64,000 nucleotides of DNA from Torpedo marmorata. Lineage: Eukaryota. Numbering within the stretch: position 1 is the first letter of the stretch; each line of letters opens with the position of its first letter. A program made the position numbers and the translations under genes. Location: NCBI GenBank assembly GCA_977017645.1, contig OZ360228.1, forward strand, positions 30,752,001-30,816,000. The letters run 5' to 3'. Shown piece after piece: positions 26,945 through 38,029 of the stretch. The notes under the pieces were generated by a model. That model was not told the DNA's origin. It was given only the letters and a program-made list of their open reading frames with translations, and searched no databases.

Positions 26945-29109
26945 TGTAACAGCACTGATTTACCACAGCTTACAAACAAATAAAGAATACACTCACTCGT
27001 TTCTTTCAGCACACCATGAAGTTGACTTTCTTTATTATTCACTCGACACAACACTGCATTCTTCAACTCCCCAGACATCAACCAGCTGAACTCCTCTGGC
27101 CTTCTCATTGGCTCACTGCCACACATGTGATCCTGACACTCTCACTCTCCTCCTCCTTCATCTGAGATCCATCACCCGTATACTGACACTTAACACACCC
27201 GCACATGCGCGCTATTACTCACGCGCGTCGCATCGCTTACGTCATCAGCGGCGCCGGCATCTGTCCTGACGCAGGTAAGTACGTGACCGCGACAGCCCCC
27301 CCTCAGCCTCCGAGCCATGCAAGGAGGCGACTGATTGGAACTGTCCTGCTACGTAATGGTCCAGAGGGCTGACAGTTCGGCCCGACTTCGTACGATAGTG
27401 CAAGACAGGTGATGCACGATCCGACTGGCAAGGGTGCGACTGGTCCTCTGACTCTGGCTCCGACGCAGAACATGGACCGTCGATATACGCCGGCTTCAAC
27501 TTGTCAATGGAAACCGTGTCAGCTTTTTCATTCCTGTCGATCACAAAAGTCTTCGGGTGGCATCGTAAGACCTGAAAAGGACCATCGTAAACGGGCTGAA
27601 GAGGTTTGCGAACAGCATCATGCCGGAGGAACACATGAGTACAGCGTTGTAAATCATTCGGCACATACACTGCAGGTGATGCCTGCCACGTAGGAGTAGG
27701 TTGGAGTAATCTCATGTTTTCCCGAAGACGATCAACATAACTAGCCGGATCATAGAACGTTGTGCTTGGACTCTGATTCACAAACTCGCCTGGCAAAGTT
27801 AACGTAGTGCCATATACTAGCTCTGCCGCTGAACATCCAAGATCTGCCTTAACAGCAGTACGCACTCCAAGGAGAACCATGGGCAAACGTTCGTTCCATG
27901 TAGATGCATCACCACCTGCTGTTAATGCTGCCTGCAATTGTCGATGGAAATGCTCAACGAGGCCGTTGCCCTGCGGATGGTAAGCCGTAGTACGAATACG
28001 GGTAGTGCCCAGAAGATCAGTGAGAGCTTAGAACAACGCTGACTCGAACTGAGACCCTCGATCCGTTGTAATAGTGACTGGAACACCGAAAGATGGAATC
28101 CAATGATCCACGAAAGCCCTAGCGACCGTCTCCATAGAGATGTTAGTGATAGGAATTGCCTCCTTCCACCTGGTAGTCCAGTCTTCACACGTGAGCAGAT
28201 AAGTATATCCCCGAGATGGCGGAAGCGGGCCTACCAAGTCTAGGTGCACGTGCTGGAAATGGGAATCCAGAACAACAAAATCCCCCAGCTTGGATTTCGT
28301 GTGTCTGGAGACTTTAGAGCGTTGACACGGCAAGCAGGTCCTTGCCCATAATCCAACATCCCGTTTAACATGAGGCCAGGTAAAACGTTCCGTAACTAGT
28401 TTGATTGATGCTCTTCTACCAGGATGCGATAGATTGTGAAGAGACTCAAAAATCTCCCACCTCATAGCCGCCTTAAGCATGTCGTATGGGAGATTACCAT
28501 CCGGATCCACTAAGACATCCTCCACTTCACAAGCAATCTGCTCTGGAAGACGCTCCACAAGTAAACCGTACTTCATCTTCTGACTCGTCACACTGAGGGC
28601 AGAGAAGCGCGCTTTGAGGATCGTGAACCATGCTGGTGCATTATAATAAAAAAGGGGGGAATCTTCAGTTTGACCTCCCCGACTGCTCCTGTAAGGGGTT
28701 TATCCTCATCACTATCCATTTTAAATTAGAAGGTACTGATCACGTCGGGGTCACCACTTGTAACGACACTGATTTACCACAGCTTACAAACAAATAAAGA
28801 ATACACTCACTCGTTTCTTTCAGCACACCATGAAGTCGACTTTCTTTGTTATTCACTAGACACAACATTGCATTCTTCAACTCCCCTAACACCACCCAGC
28901 TAAACTCCTCTCACCTTCTCATTGGCTCACTGCCACACGGGTGATCCTGACTCTCTCACTCTCCTTCTCCTGCATCTGAGATCCATCACCCTTATACTGA
29001 CGCTTCACACACCCACGCATGCGCACTATTACTCACGTGCGTCGCATCACTTACGTCATCAGCGGCAGCCGGCATCGCTCCCGACGAAGTTAAGTACGTG
29101 ACCGCAACA
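26945..29109 (-). mobile_element. Internally deleted Ty3/Gypsy LTR retrotransposon (gag start fused to integrase)
   Basis: ~350-bp TG..CA LTRs 26945-27294 and 28759-29109; 4-bp TSD gatc; PBS tRNA-Trp; PPT at ~27295-27310; integrase HHCC and ITTDRGSQF motifs; LTRs visibly diverged. Confidence 0.93.
28739..28756 (-). promoter_or_regulatory. Primer-binding site, tRNA-Trp
   Basis: Minus strand TGGTGACCCCGACGTGAT, 2 nt from the LTR; complementary to the vertebrate tRNA-Trp 3' end. Confidence 0.85.
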
Positions 29110-30317
29110 GATCTTTTCTACATGGACTTTAGTCAGGCCTTTGATAAGGTCCCACATGGGAGGTTAGACAGGAAGGTTCAGTCTCTAATGTTCATGCTAA
29201 GGTAGTAAATTGGATTAGACATTGGCTTTATGGGTGAAGCCAAAGAGTAGTAATAGATGATTGCCTTCTGACTGGAGGCCTGTGACTAGTGGTGTGCCTC
29301 AAGGATCGATGATAGATCCATTGTTGTTTGTCATCTATCTCAATGATCTGGATGATAATGTGGTAAATTGGATCAGCAAGTTTGCAGATGACACAAGGAT
29401 TGGAGGTGTAGTGGACAGCAAAGAAGGCTTTTAAAGTTTGCAGAGGGATCTGAAGCAGCTGGAAAAATGGGCTACAAAATGACAGATGGAATTTAATGCA
29501 GACAAATGTGTGAAGCTGCTCTTTGGAAGAACAAACCAAGGTAGGACATACATGGTAAACAGTAGGGCACCGAAGAGTGCGGTAGAACAGAGGATTCTGG
29601 GATTACAGATGCATAATACCCTGAAAGTGGTGTCACAAGTAGATAGGGTCTTAATGAGAGCTTTTGGCTAAATATGTTGGAAACTATGTGTGCGTCAGGC
29701 ATGCGTGCAAATAGTAACATAATTTTACAAGTTTAATTCATGGATGTCAATAACAGGGCACTGTTCTGCTTAGCCGAACATTCAGACCACATTTTGGCAG
29801 TGTAAAGTGAACATGAAGTTATTAGGGTGCAGATGGTAGTGTTACAAAATCAAACCAGCAACGACAGAAGACGCAATGCAAAAGGGGTAAAATTGAAATT
29901 ATTATTTATTAAACACAAGTAAACATATAATTTCACAACAATTAACCCCACTATAAACGTCTATAAACTCTATTCTTATCTAAACGGTGTTTGTGTGTGT
30001 GTGTAAAGCCCAGACCATTACAGTCTGTGCCCAACCCTTATGTAAAAATGGAAAAACTTTCCCCAAAAACCCCAGGTCAGTCATAAAAAACAAGTCAGTC
30101 AAAAAAAAGGATAATACAGTCGACAAAATCCACTCTCTAAGTTCAGGCTTCAACTTTTCCTCTGTGTCTGGTAGAAGTACTTCTGAATGAACGTTGGAGA
30201 GAGACAATGACTGTTTATGCTTACAAATACTTGTTTTCTTCTCTGATGAAAAAAAACACAGAAGCTGGAGAACTCAGCAGGTCAAACAGTGTCTTTTATG
30301 TAGCAAAGGTAGAAATA

Positions 30318-30358
30318 CATAACCGACGTTTCGGGCTTGAGCCCTTCATCAAAGTATG
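30318..30358 (-). ncRNA. Putative minimal hammerhead ribozyme (mirror copy)
   Basis: Reverse complement of 31830-31870. Confidence 0.6.
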
Positions 30359-31829
30359 AGAAAATGCCGGCAGGCGTCCGAACAAAGGAGTGAGGGGGGA
30401 AGGGGGGTGGCAAAGGCAGGAGATGATAGGTGGAGAAAGGAGGGAGGGGACAGCAGCAAAGAGGGGGAGGAGGGATGGCTGGGTGGGTGGAAAAAAACAA
30501 GAAGGACAGGTGAGGGGGGAGGGGAAGGGAACAACAAGCAGGTTTAGTGGAAAGCAGAAAAGTCAATGTTAATGCCATCTGGCTGGAGAGTGCCGAGACG
30601 GAATATGAGATGTTGTTCCTCCAATTTGCGGGTAGTCTGGGTGGGATAGTACATGAGGCCATGGACAGACATGTGAGCGTGGGAGTGTGACCCAGAATTG
30701 AAATGGTTGGCTACTGGGAGGTCGCTGTTGTTGCGGACGGAGAGGAGGTGCTCAGCAAAGCGGTCTCCCAATCTACGACCGGTCTCTCCAATGTATAGAA
30801 AGCCACAAAGGGAGCACCGGATGCAGTAGATATGTCCTCTGGATGTACAAGTGAAGTGTAGTTTCACTTGGAAGGCCTGTTTGGTGCCCTGGACCGTGGT
30901 GAGGGGGGAGGTGTGGGCGCAGGTGTTGCACCTCCTGCGGGCACAGGGGAAGGTTCTGGGGGTGCGATGGGTGGCGAGGGACGAGTGCACGAGTGAATCG
31001 CGGAGGGAGCGGTCCCTACGGAAGGCCGAGAGGGGAGGAGAAGGAAAAATGTGTCTGGTGGTGGGATCCTGCAGCAAGTGCCGGAAATTCCGGCGGATAA
31101 TGTGTTGGACGCGGAGGCTGGTGTGGTGGTAGGTGAGGATGAGGGGTACTCTATGTTTGTTGCGTCTGGCGGCAGAGGGGGCCTCTGCGATTCACTCGTG
31201 CACTCGTCCCTCCCCACCCATCGCACCCCCGGAACCTTCCCCTGTGCCCGCAGGAGGTGCAACACCTGCGCCCACACCTCCCCCCTCACCACGGTCCAGG
31301 GCCCCAAACAGGCCTTCCAAGTGAAACTACACTTCACTTGTACATCCAGAGGACATATCTACTGCATCCGGTGCTCCCTTTGTGGCTTTCTATACATTGG
31401 AGAGACCGGTCGTAGATTGGGAGACCGCTTTGCTGAGCACCTCCTCTCCGTCCGCAACAACAGCGACCTCCCAGTAGCCAACCATTTCAATTCTGGGTCA
31501 CACTCCCACGCTCACATGTCTGTCCATGGTCTCATGTACTATCCCACCCAGACTACCCGCAAATTGGAGGAATAACATCTCATATTCCGTCTCGGCACTC
31601 TCCAGCCAGATGGCATTAACATTGACTTTTCTGCTTTCCACTAAACCTGCTTGTTGTTCCCTTCCCCTCCCCCCTCACCTGTCCTTCCTGTTTTTTTCCA
31701 CCCACCCAGCCATCCCTCCTCCCCCTCTTTGCTGCTGTCCCCTCCCTCCTTTCTCCACCTATCATCTCCTGCCTTTGCCACCCCCCTTCCCCCCTCACTC
31801 CTTTGTTCGGACGCCTGCCGGCATTTTCT

Positions 31830-31870
31830 CATACTTTGATGAAGGGCTCAAGCCCGAAACGTCGGTTATG
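31830..31870 (+). ncRNA. Putative minimal type I hammerhead ribozyme (Penelope pLTR type)
   Basis: catact-TTGATGA-A-GGGC tcaa GCCC-GAAA-CG-TC-ggttatg: core with C3U variant, stem II, palindromic ACGT stem III; activity unproven. Confidence 0.6.
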
Positions 31871-32610
31871 TATTTCTACCTTTGCTACATAAAAGACACT
31901 GTTTGACCTGCTGAGTTCTCCAGCTTCTGTGTTTTTTACTACATTATTACGGTGTCTACAGATTTTCGTGTTTACTTCTTCTCTGATGACGTCCCCTTCT
32001 TGTAGGTGCATAAGGATTGCAAGTTGCAGATCAGTATACCACTGATTTAGGCGTTTGCTTGAATCTCACAGCTAGTCTCGCTGATCTCACGCCTGTTCTC
32101 CACAGAAGTTGCTTTTTCTCAGAATTTCTCTGAGACACGAGGCCATGTGCTATCCTGTCAGTCTTTTCTCTGACTTGCACAAGCCTGGATCTGGCTGTGT
32201 TCTGTAGCCTTTGCAACTCACAAACTGTGTGCTTTGCAGAGATCTGCCCCTGCTTTTTGCAGAAGTGAAACAAATGTATCTTGTCTAGTCTGTGTCTCTC
32301 TCTCTCTGGTCTCTCTCTGTCTGGGTACACCAAGAGTGCAACAATGTATCTTGTCTGGGTACACCAAGTAGCTGGGGAAGTTAACTCTTTCAGTACCTGG
32401 CCCCAGTGTATACTCCAAAAGAATTCATCCTTCCTGCTGACCGTCCGCAGTCCAAATGGTCAGTCATGGTCCATAACACCTCCCACCCACAAAGGAAATT
32501 TTGGTCTGCAAGAACAAAATTTAGGAAAGTAATTGAGGTGTCAGAATATAAACAAAATCTACAATGTTCATCCACAAATACAAAATATGAACTATTTTCA
32601 TTAATAAAGT

Positions 32611-34593
32611 TTAACATCTAGAAAGACAATCAGCAATTACATTATCTTTCCCTTTTATATGAGTGATTACCAAATTATATTCTTGCAAAATTAGACTCCA
32701 ATTCAACAACCGTCGATTCTTATTTTTCATTTTACAAAGAAAAACCAATGGATTATGGTCAGTATACACTATGAGTGGTTTTTGAGCTGTACAGATAGAC
32801 ACATCAAAGTGTTGTAGAGCCAACACAAGAGCCAACAACTCTTTCTCTATAGTTGAATAATTCCTTTGATGATCATTGAACTTCTTCGAGAAGTAGGATA
32901 CCGGATGGTCAATGTCCTCTTCATTCTTCTTCTGTAACAGCACCGCACCCACAGCTTCATCGCTCGCATCCACGGCTAAAGAAAACGACTGTTCTAAATT
33001 AGGTGACTTAAGCACAGGTTGGTGGCATAACATGGCATTCAATTTGACAAATGCTTCCTGACAACCTGTAGACCATACAAATTTTTCTTTCTTTCTAAGC
33101 AAATTTGTGAGAGGGAGCGCAAGATCAGCAAAGTTTTTACAGAACTTGCGGTAGTAGCCAATCATTCCCAGGAACCTCCTCAGAGTTTTCTTACCAGTTG
33201 GAACAGGGAACTCGGAAATAGCGACAACCTTTGCCTCTACTGGCGCCAACTTCCCCTGTCCTACAACATAACCCCGAGAATTAACAGTACCATTACCCTC
33301 TCTGAAACTGGTTTTATCTGTCTCCTCCTTACCCCTGTCAATAACCAGTACCTCTGGTAAATTTTCAGTCCCTTTGTGTGGCACCTGTTCAAAATACGGC
33401 TTAATCATATTCACATGACAGACCTGTGTGTCTCGTCTGTGATTAGGTGTTTCTATGACATAGGTGACATCATTAATTTTTGACTTAACTCTATAGGGTC
33501 CTGAAAATCTAGCCCTAAGATGATTTGAATGGATGGGAAACAGAACTAATACGTTCTCACCAGGTTTAAAAGTTCTCATCTTCGCCTTTCGATCATACCA
33601 AACCTTCATTTTCTGTTGAGTGGCCTTTAAATTCTCCTTTGCCATCTCACAAGCCCTATGTAATCGATCCTTAAATTTGGAAACATAATCTAACAGATTT
33701 AAATGCACATCACGATTAATCCACTGTTCTTTTAATAATCTTAAAGGACCTCTCACCTCATGTCCGAAAACTAACTCGAATGGACTAAAACCAAGTGAAT
33801 CTTGGACAGACTCCCTCGCTGCAAATAACAACAAATGAACCCCCTCATCCCAATCCTTTTCCTTCTCACAACAATAGGTTCTAATCATGGTTTTCAAAGT
33901 CGAATGGAACCTCTCCAAGGCCCCTTGACTTTCTGGATGGTACGCAGAGGATACAATCTGTTTAACTCCTAGTCCATCAACCACTTGTTGGAAAACGCCT
34001 GACATGAAATTACTGCCCTGATCTGATTGAATTTCCCTTGGCAAACCTACCAAGGTGAAAAACTTTACCATAGCCTTTACAATTGACTTTGCTTTTATGT
34101 TTCTCAGAGGAATGGCCTCTGGAAATATGGTGGCTGCACACATAATTGTTAACAAATACTCATTCCCCGCTTTGGTTTTGGGCAATGGGCCAACACAGTC
34201 CACAATTACTCTCGAGAAAGGCTCACTGAAAGCAGGGAAAGGTTGCAAGGGTGCCACCGGGGGACCCTGATTAGGTTTACCCACCACCTGACAAGTGTGA
34301 CAGGCCCGGCAAAAGCTTACAACCTCCCTTCTTAAACTGGGCCAATAAAATTGTTTCATTATCTTACTTATAGTTTTCTTCACCCCAAGATGACCACCTA
34401 AGGGTGTACTATGAGCCAAAGTTATTATTGCATCCCTATATACTTTAGGGATCACAACCTGCTGCACTACTGCCCATTCTTCATTGGCAGGAACATCACG
34501 TGGTCTCCACTTTCTCATCAACACCCCATCTTTTTCATAATAACCTACTGGCACCTTTTTAATCTCCTCTTCAGAGAGAACCTTATCCCTCAC
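32611..34593 (-). CDS. Retrotransposon integrase fused in frame to RT-thumb/RNase H (660 aa)
   Basis: H..GGHLG..CHTC, IVDCVGP, IQSDQGSNF, ESQGALER; then FLGMIGYYRKF, VDAS, YSTIEKELLA, YTDHNPL, NVIADCLSR; no YxDD. Confidence 0.85.
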   Translation of the reverse strand: MRDKVLSEEEIKKVPVGYYEKDGVLMRKWRPRDVPANEEWAVVQQVVIPKVYRDAIITLAHSTPLGGHLGVKKTISKIMKQFYWPSLRREVVSFCRACHTCQVVGKPNQGPPVAPLQPFPAFSEPFSRVIVDCVGPLPKTKAGNEYLLTIMCAATIFPEAIPLRNIKAKSIVKAMVKFFTLVGLPREIQSDQGSNFMSGVFQQVVDGLGVKQIVSSAYHPESQGALERFHSTLKTMIRTYCCEKEKDWDEGVHLLLFAARESVQDSLGFSPFELVFGHEVRGPLRLLKEQWINRDVHLNLLDYVSKFKDRLHRACEMAKENLKATQQKMKVWYDRKAKMRTFKPGENVLVLFPIHSNHLRARFSGPYRVKSKINDVTYVIETPNHRRDTQVCHVNMIKPYFEQVPHKGTENLPEVLVIDRGKEETDKTSFREGNGTVNSRGYVVGQGKLAPVEAKVVAISEFPVPTGKKTLRRFLGMIGYYRKFCKNFADLALPLTNLLRKKEKFVWSTGCQEAFVKLNAMLCHQPVLKSPNLEQSFSLAVDASDEAVGAVLLQKKNEEDIDHPVSYFSKKFNDHQRNYSTIEKELLALVLALQHFDVSICTAQKPLIVYTDHNPLVFLCKMKNKNRRLLNWSLILQEYNLVITHIKGKDNVIADCLSRC

Positions 34594-37500
34594 CTCAACA
34601 AGATCAGGATCATCCTTGCTATTAACTCCTGTCGGGATAGTGACAAATCTGTGCCTTTAGGTATCTTATCAGTGGATGGGTGTAACATTGGAGATTGCTC
34701 AACCTTTTCCAGGTTTTCTTGATTATCAGTTTCTTTTTCTTTTACCAAGTTATTTTCCACTGCCTTCTCTACAGTGACATTTTTCTTAGACATGGCCCTG
34801 GTTATGGCACATGCCGGATAAATATCAGAGTCTTTCTCTGACTTATCAATGACTGGCTTAGTGGTCATTCGCACTGCAGGAACTACTTTACCCTTGGCCA
34901 AGTCATTGCCTAACAACAGTGAGACTCCTTCTACAGGAAACTCTGATCTCACTCCTATTATAACTGGTCCTTCCACCAAGTCTGAGTCCAATACTATTTT
35001 GTGCAAAGGAATGGACTCAACCTCACCACCAATTCCTTTAATTAAATTTATGTCACCGGTGTCAGTAACTTCACAAAATTCCAAGACACTATCTAACACA
35101 AGTGACTGAGCAGCTCCAGTATCTCGCAAGATTTTCACTGGAACTTGTTTTGATCCTGCCTTAACTGAAACAAAACCATCAGTCACAAAAGGTTTAAATA
35201 CATCTTTAACTTTGTCAGTAAATTTATCTCCTTCCTGGGTGTTATGCATCTTCTCACTCTGAATACAAGCATTAGGTGTTGCATCCTTTTCTCTCTTCTT
35301 TTTCAACACTGGACAGCTTGCTAGCATATGACCAGCCTTTCTACAGTAGTGGCAAATGGGACCTGAATTGTTTTCCCTTTTCCACTTTCCTTCATCCCTT
35401 TCCTTAACACCACTTCCAAATTTACTTTCCACTTGCTTCTGATTATCCACCGTGACCTTTTGGAAAATTCTACCTGACGTCCACTTAGGCTTGTGGGTTA
35501 AAGCATATTCATCTGCTAACTTAGCTGAATTTTGTCAAGTTTTCACCTCCTTTTCATCTAAGTATGCCTTAATATCCTCAGGAACACACCTTTTTATCTC
35601 CTCAATTATTATCAATTCTCTCAATTGATTGTAATCATTGTTTACTTCCTTAGATGTGCACCACCTGTCAAAACACACAACCTTTTCATAGGCAAACTCT
35701 GTATAAGATTGGGTTGCTGATCTTTTTAAATTTCTAAACTTCTGTCTATAAGCCTCTGGAACTAACTCATAAGCCTGGAGTATAGCCTTTTTCACCGTTT
35801 CATAATCAGCAGCTTGTTCCGTGGTAAGAGTAGAATAAGCTTGCTGAGCTTTTCCTTTAATTACACTTTGTAACATAAGAGACCATTGGTCTTGTGGCCA
35901 TTTCAATTTCACAGCCACTTTCTCAAAATGTTGGAAGTACTTATCTATTTCTGCCTCCTCAAATGGAGGAACCAACCTAACTTCTCTACTAGCCAAAAAC
36001 CCCTCAGCAGGATGACAAATTTGATCTTTGCGCTCTTCTTGTCTCCTCTCATTTTCCAACTTTATCTTTTCCAGCATATGTATCCTATTTTTCTCCTCGT
36101 TCTCTAAGTCTAATCTCTTCTGTTCCCTGGCTATCTCCAATTCTAATTTCCGTTGTTCCAATTCCCTGTTCTTTTGTTCCCTTTCTGCCTCCAATTTCTT
36201 TTGTTCCAATTCCAATTTCTTTATTTCCAATTGTATGTTTTCAGAAGGTTTACCCTTGGGAAACTGCTCTAACATGCTCTCCTCAAACTTTTTTTCTTTT
36301 ATATAGTACTTGACAATTTTTCTCCCAATCTCTGCCTTTTTCATAGATGGTTTTACAGAAGCAATGCCCAACTCTGTTGCTATAGCCACTAACTGTTCCT
36401 TTTTCGCCTTTTTTTAAAGTATCAGGTTCAGGTGATTTCAAAAAATGTTCTACATCCATTGTTGCTGGTTTTTTGTTACACACACACTAGCTTTTAATTA
36501 GCTTTACCAAAAGGAATGCCTTAAACCAAACTGGGATTCCTTCAATTACCAAGATGGATTTTGATTCAAATCCTGCAACGAGCCCCCAATTTGTTACAAA
36601 ATCAAACCAGCAACGACAGAAGACGCAATGCAAAAGGGGTAAAATTGAAATTATTATGTATTAAACACAAGTAAACATATAATTTCACAACAATTAACCC
36701 CACTATAAACGTCTATAAACTCTATTCTTATCTAAACAGTGTATGTGTGTGTGTGTAAAGCCCAGACCATTACAGTCTGTGCCCAACCCTTATGTAAAAA
36801 TGGAAAAACTTTCCCCAAAAACCCCAGGTCAGTCATAAAAAACAAGTCAGTCAAAAAAAAGGATAATACAGTCGACAAAATCCACTCTCTAAGTTCAGGC
36901 TTCAACTTTTCCTCTGTGTCTGGTAGAAGTACTTCTGAATGAACGTTGGAGAGAGACAATGACTGTTTATGCTTACAAATACTTGTTTTCTTCTCTGATG
37001 ACGTCCCCTTCTTGTAGGTGCATAAGGATTGCAAGTTGCAGATCAGTATACCACTGATTTAGGCGTATGCTTGAATCTCACAGCTAGTCTCGCTGATCTC
37101 ACGCCTGTTCTCCACAGAAGTTGCTTTTTCTCAGAATTTCTCTGAGACACGAGGCCATGTGCTATCCTGTCAGTCTTTTCTCTGACTTGCACAAGCCTGG
37201 ATCTGGCTGTGTTCTGTAGCCTTTGCAACTCACAAACTGTGTGCTTTGCAGAGATCTGCCCCTGCTTTTTGCAGAAGTGAAACAAATGTATCTTGTCTAG
37301 TCTGTGTGTCTCTCTCTCTGGTCTCTCTCTGTCTGGGTCCACCAAGAGTGCAACAATGTATCTTGTCTGGGTACACCAAGTAGCTGGGGAAGTTAACTCT
37401 TTCAGTACCTGGCCCCAGTGTATACTCCAAAAGAATTCATCCTTCCTGCTGACCGTCCGCAGTCCAAATGGTCAGTCATGGTCCATAACAGTAGTCATGA

Positions 37501-38029
37501 CTTTTTTCTGTCTTGCAATCCTGCTTGAAAAGAAAGCATGTGTTGCCTTCATCACTAGATGATAAACACAACCTGGAACACAGGCTGCTTTTGCCTGAAA
37601 CAGCTATCAAAATGGTCGTGGATGGATATGCTATATTTGCTGGGTTAGATGAATGTTTTTTATTCATTTTTAAAATTTTGTGCCCCTCACTGCGTGAAAT
37701 CAAAAATCAAGAAAATCTACTAAGTACCTGTTGATGGTATGACCTTTTTAAAATTTAATAAACAAACATGAATTTTCCATATCTTGTGCCCTGGATATGG
37801 TAGAATATTGGTCACATCATTGGACCAGTAATTCAGAGGCCTGGACCAAGGTTCCAGAGACGTGAATGCAAATCCCATTATAGCAGCTTGGAATTAAAAT
37901 GCAGTGAATTCAACAATTCGGGAATGTTTAAATGCACCAATATATTTAACACATAGTCTAGCTAGTGATCTGAAGAATATATTATTCCTCCTTTACGCTT
38001 CTATGCGCAGTTTGATTAAAAAAAAACGA

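Larger units (their letters stand above)
24554..29670 (+). mobile_element. Decayed CR1 LINE (ORF1 esterase + ORF2), split by LTR element 26945-29109
   Basis: GTNDMG, FLDHW, IVGDFNFP, GSSDHN, KSPRPD; RT sequence resumes at gatc-ttttctacatggacttt after the LTR insertion. Confidence 0.85.
30250..31975. mobile_element. Penelope-like element inserted as a head-to-head inverted duplication
   Basis: GIY-YIG-type domain (HIYCIRCSLCGFLYIGETGRRLGDRFAEH) on both strands; arms ~30250-31006 / 31182-31937; 14-bp TSD ttcttctctgatga (30236-30249 / 31976-31989). Confidence 0.93.
29840..37490 (-). mobile_element. Gmr1-like Gypsy LTR retrotransposon, RT core deleted
   Basis: 899-bp 5' LTR 36592-37490; 3' LTR 29840-32478 (split by Penelope); TSD gtag; PBS TGGGGGCTCGT (tRNA-Pro-like); gag with SCAN-like PEAYRQKFR; CCHC knuckle; protease ILRDTGA; integrase then RT thumb/RNase H. 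Confidence 0.95.

Noticed and set aside
31051-31575. GIY-YIG ORF as a homing or host endonuclease
   Set aside because: C-terminal domain of a truncated Penelope element; N-terminus is antisense spacer sequence and a premature stop is present
29980-37562. Duplicated small ORFs (e.g. 29987/36739, 32031/37043; also 46870/51583)
   Set aside because: Repeated only because they lie in paired LTRs; no coding signature
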